A DNA stretch of 32,000 nucleotides, from NCBI RefSeq assembly GCF_003966335.1, contig NZ_CP034549.1:2730001-2762000 (forward strand), in the 5' to 3' direction. Of this stretch, positions 12,171 through 20,589 are shown in pieces. The notes beneath the pieces were generated by a model, which ran no database searches, was not told the origin of the DNA, and worked only from the letters and a program-made list of their open reading frames with translations. Each line of letters starts with the position of its first letter. Positions within the stretch are counted from its first letter, which is position 1. The DNA comes from Nonlabens ponticola (GTDB lineage: Bacteria; Bacteroidota; Bacteroidia; Flavobacteriales; Flavobacteriaceae). A program made the position numbers and the translations under genes.

Positions 12171-12190
12171 TTACGCTTTCGCGAAAGCGT
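12171..12190. repeat. Copy A of a short palindromic repeat. The perfect 18-bp palindrome ACGCTTTCGCGAAAGCGT lies at 12173-12190. Read on the minus strand the copy is CACGCTTTCGCGAAAGCGTAA.
   Basis: Read directly from the sequence. It sits in the 75-nt rpsJ-rplC spacer. The 18-nt string GCTTTCGCGAAAGCGTAA is shared exactly with 16093-16110 and 30039-30056. Confidence 0.9.
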
Positions 12191-12217
12191 GATATACATT
12201 ATCCGTAATAAAGGTAA

Positions 12218-12523
12218 TTACACCTTAATCTCTACTTCAACACCACTAGGTAGTTCTAATTTCATCAACGCATCTATCGTTTTTGAAGAAGAACTGTAAA
12301 TATCCAATAGTCTCTTGTACGAGCTCAATTCAAATTGCTCACGAGATTTCTTGTTAACGTGTGGTGATCTCAGTACAGTAAAGATCTTCTTGTGTGTTGG
12401 TAAAGGAATAGGTCCCGTAACAACAGCTCCTGTACTCTTAACGGTCTTAACAATCTTTTCAGCAGATTTATCTACCAGCATGTAATCGTAAGACTTTAAC
12501 TTGATTCTGATTTTTTGACTCAT
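12218..12523 (-). CDS. rpsJ: 30S ribosomal protein S10
   Basis: The ORF track extends to 12559. The conserved S10 N-terminus [13 protein letters not shown] starts at the ATG at 12521-12523, which removes the overlap with fusA (stop at 12534). Confidence 0.96.
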   Translation of the reverse strand: MSQKIRIKLKSYDYMLVDKSAEKIVKTVKSTGAVVTGPIPLPTHKKIFTVLRSPHVNKKSREQFELSSYKRLLDIYSSSSKTIDALMKLELPSGVEVEIKV

Positions 12524-12533
12524 CTCTTGAAAA

Positions 12534-14675
12534 TTAGTTGTTACCTTTTGTTGCAGCAATTACTTCTTCACTGATATTAGAAGGTGTTTCTGCATAGTGT
12601 GAAAACTCCATAGTTGACGTTGCACGACCTGAGGACAATGTCCTAAGCGTTGTAACATATCCGAACATTTCAGAAAGAGGAACTTCAGCTTTAACCACCT
12701 TGGCTCCAGCTCTATCACCCATATCATTAACTTGACCACGACGTCTGTTCAAATCACCCACGATATCACCCATATTCTCTTCTGGAGTGATAACCTCTAC
12801 TTTCATAATAGGTTCAAGGATGACGGCACCAGCAGCTTTAGATGCAGCCTTGTATCCCATTTTTGCAGCAAGCTCAAATGATAATGCGTCAGAATCTACT
12901 GGGTGAAAAGAACCATCATTAAGTGTGATTCTCATACTATCCATCTCAAATCCAGCTAGTGGACCATTGGTCATTGCTTCTCTAAAACCTTTCTCGATTG
13001 CAGGGATAAATTCCTTAGGAATGTTACCACCTTTAATCTTGTTTTCAAATTGAAGACCTTCTTCTACTTTTCCTTCTTCATTTTCATGAGCAGGCTCCAT
13101 AGTAAAGACGATATCTCCAAATTTACCACGTCCACCCGATTGCTTTTTGTAAGTTTCACGGTGATCAGCGGCTCTTGTAATAGCTTCTTTGTATTCAACT
13201 TGTGGAGCACCTTGGTTCAACTCTACCTTGAACTCACGACGCATACGGTCAACAATAATATCAAGGTGTAGTTCGCCCATTCCCGAAATGATCGTCTGGC
13301 CAGAAGCCTCATCAGTTCTTACTTGGAACGTTGGATCCTCTTCTGCAAGTTTTGCAAGAGCCATACCCATTTTGTCAACATCTGCCTTTGTCTTAGGCTC
13401 TACTGCGATACCAATTACTGGATCAGGGAAATCCATGCTCTCAAGAACAATTGGATTCTTTTCATCAGTCATTGTATCACCAGTCTTAATATCCTTAAAA
13501 CCTACCGCAGCTCCAATATCTCCAGCCTCGATAAAATCGATAGCATTTTGCTTATTTGAGTGCATCTGATAAATACGAGAGATACGCTCTTTCTTACCTG
13601 AACGATTGTTCAAAATATAAGAACCTGCGTCCAATCGACCAGAATAAGCACGGAAGAATGCTAGACGACCCACAAAAGGATCAGTAGCAATCTTAAATGC
13701 TAGCGCTGCAAAAGGAGCACTCACATCTGGCTTGCGCAATTCTTGCTCTCCAGTATCTGGATTAGTACCCACAATACCTTCTTTATCTGTAGGAGCTGGC
13801 AAATAGCGACATACTGCATCTAGTAGGAACTGAACACCTTTATTTTTAAATGCAGATCCACAAATCATAGGAATGATGGACATGTCCATAACCGCAGCAC
13901 GCAGTGCAGCATGCACTTCGTCCTCGGTAATTGAGTCCTCATCCTCCATGAATTTCTCAAGAAGATTCTCATCATATCCAGCTACTTCCTCGATAAGCAG
14001 TGCGCGATATTTTCTCGCTTCTGCCTTCATATCTTCAGGAATGTCAATCACATCAAAAGTGGATCCTTGAGTCTCATCATGCCATACAATTGCACGGTTC
14101 TTAACAAGGTCAATAATTCCTTTGAAATCAGCCTCGTCACCTATATTAAGTACAATAGGCACAGCATTTGACTTCAACATATCTTTCACCTGCTGACAAA
14201 CAGCAAGAAAGTTTGAACCTTGACGGTCCATTTTATTCACAAAACCTATACGTGGGACCTTGTAATTGTCTGCAAGTCTCCAGTTAGTCTCAGACTGTGG
14301 CTCTACACCATCAACTGCACTAAATAGGAATACAAGACCATCAAGTACACGTAATGATCTGTTTACCTCTACGGTAAAGTCTACGTGACCAGGTGTGTCA
14401 ATAATATTAAAGTGGTAGTCCTTAGTCTCAGGTAATGGCTTTGCATTCTCCATCGGGAACTTCCAAGTACATGTTGTAGCTGCAGATGTAATGGTGATAC
14501 CACGTTCCTGCTCTTGCTCCATCCAGTCCATAGTCGCAGCACCATCGTGCACCTCACCAATCTTGTGACTTACACCAGTATAGTAAAGAATACGCTCTGT
14601 AGTAGTGGTTTTACCAGCATCAATGTGCGCAGCAATACCAATATTTCTAGTATATTTTAAATCTCTTTGTGCCAT
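12534..14675 (-). CDS. fusA: Elongation factor G
   Basis: 713-aa ORF with the GTPase G1 motif AHIDAGKTT and all EF-G domains. It lies between rpsG and rpsJ. Confidence 0.98.
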   Translation of the reverse strand: MAQRDLKYTRNIGIAAHIDAGKTTTTERILYYTGVSHKIGEVHDGAATMDWMEQEQERGITITSAATTCTWKFPMENAKPLPETKDYHFNIIDTPGHVDFTVEVNRSLRVLDGLVFLFSAVDGVEPQSETNWRLADNYKVPRIGFVNKMDRQGSNFLAVCQQVKDMLKSNAVPIVLNIGDEADFKGIIDLVKNRAIVWHDETQGSTFDVIDIPEDMKAEARKYRALLIEEVAGYDENLLEKFMEDEDSITEDEVHAALRAAVMDMSIIPMICGSAFKNKGVQFLLDAVCRYLPAPTDKEGIVGTNPDTGEQELRKPDVSAPFAALAFKIATDPFVGRLAFFRAYSGRLDAGSYILNNRSGKKERISRIYQMHSNKQNAIDFIEAGDIGAAVGFKDIKTGDTMTDEKNPIVLESMDFPDPVIGIAVEPKTKADVDKMGMALAKLAEEDPTFQVRTDEASGQTIISGMGELHLDIIVDRMRREFKVELNQGAPQVEYKEAITRAADHRETYKKQSGGRGKFGDIVFTMEPAHENEEGKVEEGLQFENKIKGGNIPKEFIPAIEKGFREAMTNGPLAGFEMDSMRITLNDGSFHPVDSDALSFELAAKMGYKAASKAAGAVILEPIMKVEVITPEENMGDIVGDLNRRRGQVNDMGDRAGAKVVKAEVPLSEMFGYVTTLRTLSSGRATSTMEFSHYAETPSNISEEVIAATKGNN

Positions 14676-14678
14676 TTT

Positions 14679-15155
14679 TTAGAATCTAAAGTGTGAGAAT
14701 GCCTTGTTCGCCTCTGCCATCTTGTGGGTATCTGTCTTTTTCTTTACCGCAGCACCTTCTTCCTTAGCCGCGGCAAGAACTTCTGCAGCAAGCTTTTGTG
14801 AGAATGACTTCTCATTACGCTTTCTAGAATAGCTTATCAACCACTTCATAGCAGTAGAAATCTTTCTATCTGGACGTATTTGCATTGGGATTTGAAAAGT
14901 AGCACCACCAACACGGCGACTGCGTACTTCTACGTGAGGCATCACGTTAGAAAGAGCTTCCTTCCATATCTCTAGGGAATTTTTCTCCTCATCTTGATTT
15001 TTCTCTTCTACGATATCCATTGCATCATAAAAGATTTTAAAAGCTACTGACTTCTTACCGTGCAACATCATCATGTTGACAAAGCGAGTCACTAATTGAT
15101 CATTAAAACGCGGATCTGGAAGGATCGGGCGTTTTTTTGCCTGTCTTTTTCTCAT
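14679..15155 (-). CDS. rpsG: 30S ribosomal protein S7
   Basis: 158-aa ORF starting [17 protein letters not shown]. Confidence 0.98.
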   Translation of the reverse strand: MRKRQAKKRPILPDPRFNDQLVTRFVNMMMLHGKKSVAFKIFYDAMDIVEEKNQDEEKNSLEIWKEALSNVMPHVEVRSRRVGGATFQIPMQIRPDRKISTAMKWLISYSRKRNEKSFSQKLAAEVLAAAKEEGAAVKKKTDTHKMAEANKAFSHFRF

Positions 15156-15218
15156 TTCTTCTCTTTGAGTTTGTTATTAAAGCTTACTCACCGTAAAAAG
15201 TGAGCACTCTTAAAAATT

Positions 15219-15593
15219 TTACTTCTTAGGGCGTTTTGCACCATACTTAGACCTACGTTGTGTACGATCTGCAACACCAGCGGTGTCCAGCGCGCCACGC
15301 ACGATGTGATATCTAACTCCTGGTAAATCTTTAACCCTACCACCTCTAACCAATACTATCGAGTGTTCTTGTAGATTGTGTCCTTCTCCTGGGATGTATG
15401 CATTTACCTCCTTACCATTGGTAAGTCTCACACGCGCGACCTTTCTCATTGCTGAGTTAGGCTTCTTAGGCGTTGTAGTGTAAACACGAGTACATACTCC
15501 ACGACGTTGAGGACAAGAATCTAGAGCAGCCGATTTACTCTTCTTGGTTATTTTGGATCTTCCTTTACGTACTAATTGTGAAATCGTTGGCAT
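15219..15593 (-). CDS. rpsL: 30S ribosomal protein S12
   Basis: 124-aa ORF starting [12 protein letters not shown], with [12 protein letters not shown] and [15 protein letters not shown]. Confidence 0.98.
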   Translation of the reverse strand: MPTISQLVRKGRSKITKKSKSAALDSCPQRRGVCTRVYTTTPKKPNSAMRKVARVRLTNGKEVNAYIPGEGHNLQEHSIVLVRGGRVKDLPGVRYHIVRGALDTAGVADRTQRRSKYGAKRPKK

Positions 15594-15635
15594 ATTGTTT
15601 TACGCTAATAAATTAATCCCCTATTTTAGGGTCGG

Positions 15636-15665
15636 CAAAGGTATAAAACTTATTTGCTTATTCAA
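15636..15665 (-). promoter_or_regulatory. Candidate Bacteroidota sigma-A promoter for the ribosomal superoperon
   Basis: On the minus strand: TTG (15663-15665), a 19-nt spacer, then TACCTTTG (15636-15643). This matches the -33 TTG / -7 TAnnTTTG consensus. The box ends 42 nt upstream of the rpsL ATG. Confidence 0.45.
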
Positions 15666-15757
15666 ATCTCATTCTCAAGTTTTTACGAGATATTTTTCCT
15701 GATGCAAGATTTCCTTCATTTTGAGCGTTGCCATCTCAACAGTTTTCACAACGTACC

Positions 15758-17422
15758 ATGAGGCATTCCTTAACCTTCATAATGCTATCTATATTACTAT
15801 TGAGTGTCAATGGTCAAACCAGCATCTTAAAACTGGAGATTTTGAAATCAGCAAGTTCACCAGAGGCGAATACTTCTATCGTCATCAAGAAAAATTCCTA
15901 TGAAGAAATCCTTGAATCTTCTGACTCTATATATAAGGACTACCTAGAGAAAGGGTTTTTCTCTTCGAATAGAAGCAATATTAGAGTTGTTGACAGTAAC
16001 GTTTTTGCTCAGAGAATCTATTTAGAAAAAAGATTCTACTCTATCTATCTAGAAGAATCAAACAAAGATGCAGATGAGATGGTGGTGAGTCAGCTTTCGC
16101 GAAAGCGTAAACATTTTAATTCTCTGGAACAATTCAAACAGTATTTGAACCTTGAACAAAAATTATTGCAAGATGAAGGTTACCCATTTGCCAAGGTAAG
16201 TCTTGAAAAACTCGATCTGCTATCCAAAACAGATACTGCGGTTGCCTTTATTAATGTGAACAAAAATGAAGCTAGAACTTTAAATAGAATTATAGTCAAG
16301 GGCTACCCAGGATATCCAAAGGGTCTAACGAAAAAAATGCTGCGCAAAACAACGGCGTACAACCCTAAGTCAATTAATAGAATATTGAATGTAGTAGAAA
16401 ACACTCCTTATATAAAGACTACTAGACAGCCCGAGGCGTTATTTAAAAAAGACAGCACACTGCTTTATTTATACCTTGAACGCGTGAAAAGCAATCAAGC
16501 AGATGGGCTGATAGCATTTAACAACAACGATGAGGATAGACTGGAACTTACAGGATACCTGCAGGCCAATCTTCTCAACAACTTTAATCTGGGTGAATCT
16601 ATCGCCTTTGAATATCGCAATGCAGATGGTGATCAGTCAATTCTTGATCTTGCTGCCACAGTACCCTATGTTCTACTTTCTTCTATAGGAATAGATGGAC
16701 GTCTTAACATTACCAGACGTGATTCAACCTATCAGAATAGCACCATCTCTATAGGAGCCAAGTATCCTATTGCACCACAAATTAACATAGGATTGAGCTA
16801 TTTAAATAAGACATCAAATGCTACCACACCAATTGCCGGCGAGAATCGTAATGAAGATTTCAATGTGAACGGCGTGAGCCTATCAAGTAACTATGTAAGA
16901 CCTCGTAATAACTTGTTGCAACCTATAAATCTCAATGCAACCATCACCGCCACAATACAGACAAGGGATGGTGAATTGGTTAAGGATGACCAACTAATGA
17001 TACATGGGGAAATCAATAAAGTATCTAAGCTAAGTCCCAGGCTCTTTATTATGAATAGACTGAATGGTTTCTACCTTGAAACAGATAATCTGCAATTCAA
17101 CGAGCTCACCCAAATAGGTGGTCAACAATCTATCAGAGGTTTTAATGTGAATAGCATAGATACGTCTGCTTTCTTGAGCACTCAAAGTGAGCTTAGATAT
17201 GTATTGAATGATCAAATTTACCTGCACACCATTGCCGACGCAGGTGTATTTAATGAATTCACCTCAAGAAATTCGCAATATTTATACTCAATTGGTGCAG
17301 GATTAGCAATTTTAACAAAAGCTGGTGTTTTGAGAATATCAGCTAGCAACGGCAGGTTTGTTGACGCTAAAGACGCGGTTTCCAGCACAATAGCTGACAT
17401 AAATCTTCTCGTTAGATTTTGA
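15758..17422 (+). CDS. Outer-membrane beta-barrel protein, Omp85 superfamily (BamA/TpsB(ShlB)-like)
   Basis: The ORF track starts at TTG 15728. I prefer ATG 15758, which gives MRHSLTFIMLSILLLSVNGQ, a signal peptide. The protein has an (I/V)RGF loop-6-type motif (SIRGF, 17132-17143 = IRGF) and a C-terminal beta-signal ending VRF. Family assignment is by motif only. Confidence 0.6.
   Translation: MRHSLTFIMLSILLLSVNGQTSILKLEILKSASSPEANTSIVIKKNSYEEILESSDSIYKDYLEKGFFSSNRSNIRVVDSNVFAQRIYLEKRFYSIYLEESNKDADEMVVSQLSRKRKHFNSLEQFKQYLNLEQKLLQDEGYPFAKVSLEKLDLLSKTDTAVAFINVNKNEARTLNRIIVKGYPGYPKGLTKKMLRKTTAYNPKSINRILNVVENTPYIKTTRQPEALFKKDSTLLYLYLERVKSNQADGLIAFNNNDEDRLELTGYLQANLLNNFNLGESIAFEYRNADGDQSILDLAATVPYVLLSSIGIDGRLNITRRDSTYQNSTISIGAKYPIAPQINIGLSYLNKTSNATTPIAGENRNEDFNVNGVSLSSNYVRPRNNLLQPINLNATITATIQTRDGELVKDDQLMIHGEINKVSKLSPRLFIMNRLNGFYLETDNLQFNELTQIGGQQSIRGFNVNSIDTSAFLSTQSELRYVLNDQIYLHTIADAGVFNEFTSRNSQYLYSIGAGLAILTKAGVLRISASNGRFVDAKDAVSSTIADINLLVRF
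16093..16110. repeat. Copy B of the short palindromic repeat (GCTTTCGCGAAAGCGTAA; perfect palindrome 16093-16106)
   Basis: Lies inside the Omp85-like CDS. Codons CTT TCG CGA AAG CGT encode LSRKR. Confidence 0.9.
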
Positions 17423-17479
17423 AATGTTACCAGATTGTTAAGTATTCTTAAAATAAACTTGAAAAACATTTTTTAAAAG

Positions 17480-17510
17480 TTGTTTTATTAACTGTTTTTT
17501 GGCACTTTTG
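17480..17510 (+). promoter_or_regulatory. Weak candidate promoter upstream of the SusC-like gene
   Basis: TTG (17480-17482), a 20-nt spacer, then CACTTTTG (17503-17510), which deviates from TAnnTTTG at position 1. The box ends 28 nt before the ATG and overlaps three TTGGC direct repeats. Confidence 0.25.
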
Positions 17511-17538
17511 GCGTTGGCTAATTCAAATAAATCTAAAC

Positions 17539-20500
17539 ATGAAAACAAAATTAAATGGAATCTTAACACTATTTCTAGTGTTAGTTGTGCAAGTAGCTTT
17601 TGCACAGCAAACAGTTACCGGTAAGGTAATTGACGCGAGCGGCGAACCCATACTGGGCGCAACTGTTCTCGTACGTGGTAGCTCAAACGCTACTACTACT
17701 GATTTTGATGGTAACTATTCTATCCAGGCTAACGCTACAGATGTGCTATCATTCTCATTCTCAGGATACGATTCTAAGAATGTAACAGTTGGCAATCAAA
17801 CAACTATAAATGTTACCCTATCTGCTTCTCTTGAAGCTGTAGTAGTAACAGGATATCGTACTACTACAGCGCCTCGTAGTAATGTAGCTAGTACAACAAT
17901 ATCAGCTGAAAAGATTGAAAATAGGCCTAACGCTTCTTTCGTTCAAACCTTAAGTGGTCAAGTAGCTGGTTTGAACATTACCACTGGTAGTGGTCAACCT
18001 GGCGCTAACAGTTTGGTTCAAATACGTGGTGTCAACTCTATTAATGGTAATACAGAGCCATTATTTATTATAGATGGTGCTCCTGTTGATGAAGATAACT
18101 TTAGATCTCTTAACCCACAGGATATTGCTTCGATATCTGTACTTAAAGATGCTGGTGCTACTGCAATCTACGGTAACCGTGGTGCAAATGGTGTAATCAT
18201 CATAAAAACTAAAGCTGGTGGATTTGAGCAACCATTGTCTATAAGAACTAGTAGTATTTTATCATACACGACTCTTCCTGACAATGACTACAATCTTTAT
18301 GACGCTGCTGGATATTTGAGACTTGAGAGAGAATTTGGCGTAGGTCGTGGTGCTGGTAGAGCAACAGGTGGTGTACCATTAACGGATGCTGAGATTGATG
18401 CAGCAGAAAGTACGGACTGGCTAGATGTATTCTTTAGAACTGGTGTTACTAAAAATAATACGGTAAGCTTAAGTAGTGGTGGTAAGAAAACTACTCAATA
18501 CACAAGTTTAGGTTACTTTGAGCAGGATGGTATTCTTGTGCAGTCAAGTCTACAGCGTTTCAACTTTAGAAACAATATGACTGGAAGAAGTGAAAATGAT
18601 AAGTTTAACTACGCTTCTAATTTCACTGCTAACTACTCAACTAATGATGAGCCTAACTCTATTGGTAGTGGTGCGGTTAACAGAAACTACTTACTAGGAG
18701 CAAACTCTAGTTTGCCTTACTTACTTGTTTCTGACTATACACCAGGTGAAGGTGGTAGCCTAGCGCCTCTTTTGAGAAACGCGCCATTGTTCCTTCTAGA
18801 CCGTCTAGAAACTTATACTCGTAAAGAGGAAGAAATCAAGCTTATTGGTTCATTCACTGCTTCATGGGAATTTGCAAAAAACTTGACAGCTAGATCTGTC
18901 TCTGGTGCAGATTATCAAAATGTTATATTGACTAGAAGCGAAGGACCTACATCTTTTAACTCTGTTTTCTTTGCCGAAACCGGTGAAGATTTGCCTGGTA
19001 CACAAGACCAGCAGACTACTAGACAATTTACATTTAATCAAACTACATCGTTGAATTACAACAATACGTGGGGTAAACACTCTCTAGATGTTGGACTATT
19101 TACTGAATATTTTAAGGCGCACCTTAGAACATTTGGTTTCCGTCAGCAAGGATTGGATCCTAGAACCTTCTCTCCTGGTGATGGGTCTGGTTTCGTAGGA
19201 TTTGATAGAGGACTTGGTTTATACGATGATATTGCAAATGCTAACATATTGAATGCAGGTTTATTTTCATACTTTGGATCAGCTGACTACGATTATGACA
19301 GCAAATACGGTTTAGGTCTCGCCTATCGTAGAGATGCCTCTTACCGTTTTGCACAGAGTAATCGTTACGCTACCTTCTACTCCATTTCTGGTAGATGGAA
19401 CATTGGTAAAGAAGACTTTATGGATGACTCCGTATTTGATGCATTGAAATTAAGAGCATCTTACGGTACGTCTGGTAATCAACGTATAACAGGCCCTGGG
19501 TATTTTTCAGGAAATAATCTTACACGTGACCTTTATGCAACTGCACCAACTTACGGTGGACAACAAGCGCTTACTCTATTCACCCCAGGTGGTATAGCCG
19601 GTGTTATAGCGAATCCATTCCTAGAATGGGAAACTGTAGCTCAAGCAAACGTTGGTATCGATTTTGAAATATTTGATAGTAGATTGAGAGGTTCTATCGA
19701 TGGTTACATCAAGAAAACTGAATCCCTGTTCCAAAACACGCCAACGTCTGCGTTAGTAGGAACTTTTGGTTTGAGTGCGAACACGGGTAGTCTGTATAAT
19801 AGAGGTTTTGATTTTGAATTATACTATGATGTGATTAGAGGTCAAGAAAATGGAGACTTTGAACTTGATGTGTTTGTAAACGGTAACTTCAACAAAACCG
19901 AATTGGAGGACATTCCTTCTGAAGCTGGATTCATTCCTGGTATTGGACAGAACGGTGGTAGATTGTTTGAGTACTATGCAGTAAGACAAGTAGGTGTAAA
20001 TCCAGCGAATGGTGAGCTTCTTTTCTTAGACGCAGATGGAAATCTAACGGAGTCACCTAATGTTGAATCTGACCGTGTATTCCTAGACAAGAACATCATT
20101 CCAGAATTTCAAGGTGGATTTGGTCTTAACGCAAGTTTCAAAGGATTTTATGTTCAATCTCAATTCAACTATGTAGTAGGTGTTGATAGATTTGACGGTG
20201 ACCTTGCTGGATTCCAGGATGAGGATGACATAGGTCAATTCAATTTATCTAGAGACCTTGAGCGTGCATGGACACCTGATAACAGAATTACTGACATTCC
20301 TTCATTAAATGCTACAAATCTTAACCTGGATAATACAGACAGATACTTGAGAGAAGCAGATTACCTAAGAATGAGATTCTTATCATTAGGATATAACTTC
20401 CAACCTCAGATGCTTGAAAAAGCAGGTTTGAATAGTCTAAATATCTTTGTTAATGCTGAAAACCTTGTGACTTTCACTAAGTGGAGAGGATTTGATGTAG

Positions 20501-20574
20501 AAGCAAGAGATAACGGATCGAGAGGTTACCCTACCCCAAAGATCATCTCACTAGGTGTTGAAATAGGAATCTAA
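17539..20574 (+). CDS. SusC/RagA family TonB-linked outer membrane protein
   Basis: 1011 aa. It has a signal peptide, then a carboxypeptidase-regulatory-like domain (VTGKVIDASGEPILGATVLVRGSSNATTTDFDGNYSI), a TonB-box-like AVVVTGY, and a plug (FIIDGAPVD...ISVLKDAGATAIYGNRGANGVIIIKTK). A SusD-like gene follows directly. There is no N-terminal STN domain. Confidence 0.93.
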   Translation: MKTKLNGILTLFLVLVVQVAFAQQTVTGKVIDASGEPILGATVLVRGSSNATTTDFDGNYSIQANATDVLSFSFSGYDSKNVTVGNQTTINVTLSASLEAVVVTGYRTTTAPRSNVASTTISAEKIENRPNASFVQTLSGQVAGLNITTGSGQPGANSLVQIRGVNSINGNTEPLFIIDGAPVDEDNFRSLNPQDIASISVLKDAGATAIYGNRGANGVIIIKTKAGGFEQPLSIRTSSILSYTTLPDNDYNLYDAAGYLRLEREFGVGRGAGRATGGVPLTDAEIDAAESTDWLDVFFRTGVTKNNTVSLSSGGKKTTQYTSLGYFEQDGILVQSSLQRFNFRNNMTGRSENDKFNYASNFTANYSTNDEPNSIGSGAVNRNYLLGANSSLPYLLVSDYTPGEGGSLAPLLRNAPLFLLDRLETYTRKEEEIKLIGSFTASWEFAKNLTARSVSGADYQNVILTRSEGPTSFNSVFFAETGEDLPGTQDQQTTRQFTFNQTTSLNYNNTWGKHSLDVGLFTEYFKAHLRTFGFRQQGLDPRTFSPGDGSGFVGFDRGLGLYDDIANANILNAGLFSYFGSADYDYDSKYGLGLAYRRDASYRFAQSNRYATFYSISGRWNIGKEDFMDDSVFDALKLRASYGTSGNQRITGPGYFSGNNLTRDLYATAPTYGGQQALTLFTPGGIAGVIANPFLEWETVAQANVGIDFEIFDSRLRGSIDGYIKKTESLFQNTPTSALVGTFGLSANTGSLYNRGFDFELYYDVIRGQENGDFELDVFVNGNFNKTELEDIPSEAGFIPGIGQNGGRLFEYYAVRQVGVNPANGELLFLDADGNLTESPNVESDRVFLDKNIIPEFQGGFGLNASFKGFYVQSQFNYVVGVDRFDGDLAGFQDEDDIGQFNLSRDLERAWTPDNRITDIPSLNATNLNLDNTDRYLREADYLRMRFLSLGYNFQPQMLEKAGLNSLNIFVNAENLVTFTKWRGFDVEARDNGSRGYPTPKIISLGVEIGI

Positions 20575-20589
20575 AAATTATAAAACAAA

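Noticed and set aside
12524-12559. 12-codon N-terminal extension of rpsJ in the ORF track ([12 protein letters not shown]...), overlapping the end of fusA.
   Set aside because: The conserved S10 N-terminus MSQKIRIKL begins at the internal ATG (12521-12523). The extension is just open frame running through the fusA stop region.
713-14070. Plus-strand ORFs inside the ribosomal operon: 713-895, 4084-4431, 4428-4649, 6882-7235, 8727-9032, 9326-9526, 10375-10575, 13050-13271, 13189-13569, 13323-13559 and 13873-14070. Also the minus-strand out-of-frame ORF at 3048-3254 inside secY.
   Set aside because: All lie antisense to, or out of frame with, highly conserved genes. They have low-complexity or Ser/Leu/Phe-rich translations typical of shadow ORFs, and none has a recognisable motif.
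15721-15903. 60-aa ORF at 15721-15903, and the TTG start at 15728 for the Omp85-like gene.
   Set aside because: The 60-aa ORF is out of frame and overlaps the 5' end of the OMP gene. ATG 15758 gives a canonical signal peptide, so the 10 upstream codons are probably untranslated.
20560-20574. The SusC-like protein ends in ...LGVEIGI and not in the aromatic (usually Phe) terminal residue typical of outer-membrane beta-signals.
   Set aside because: It is a single-residue deviation and non-aromatic hydrophobic termini do occur. The reading frame is clean, and the stop is followed 15 nt later by the susD-like ATG, so there is no evidence of truncation.
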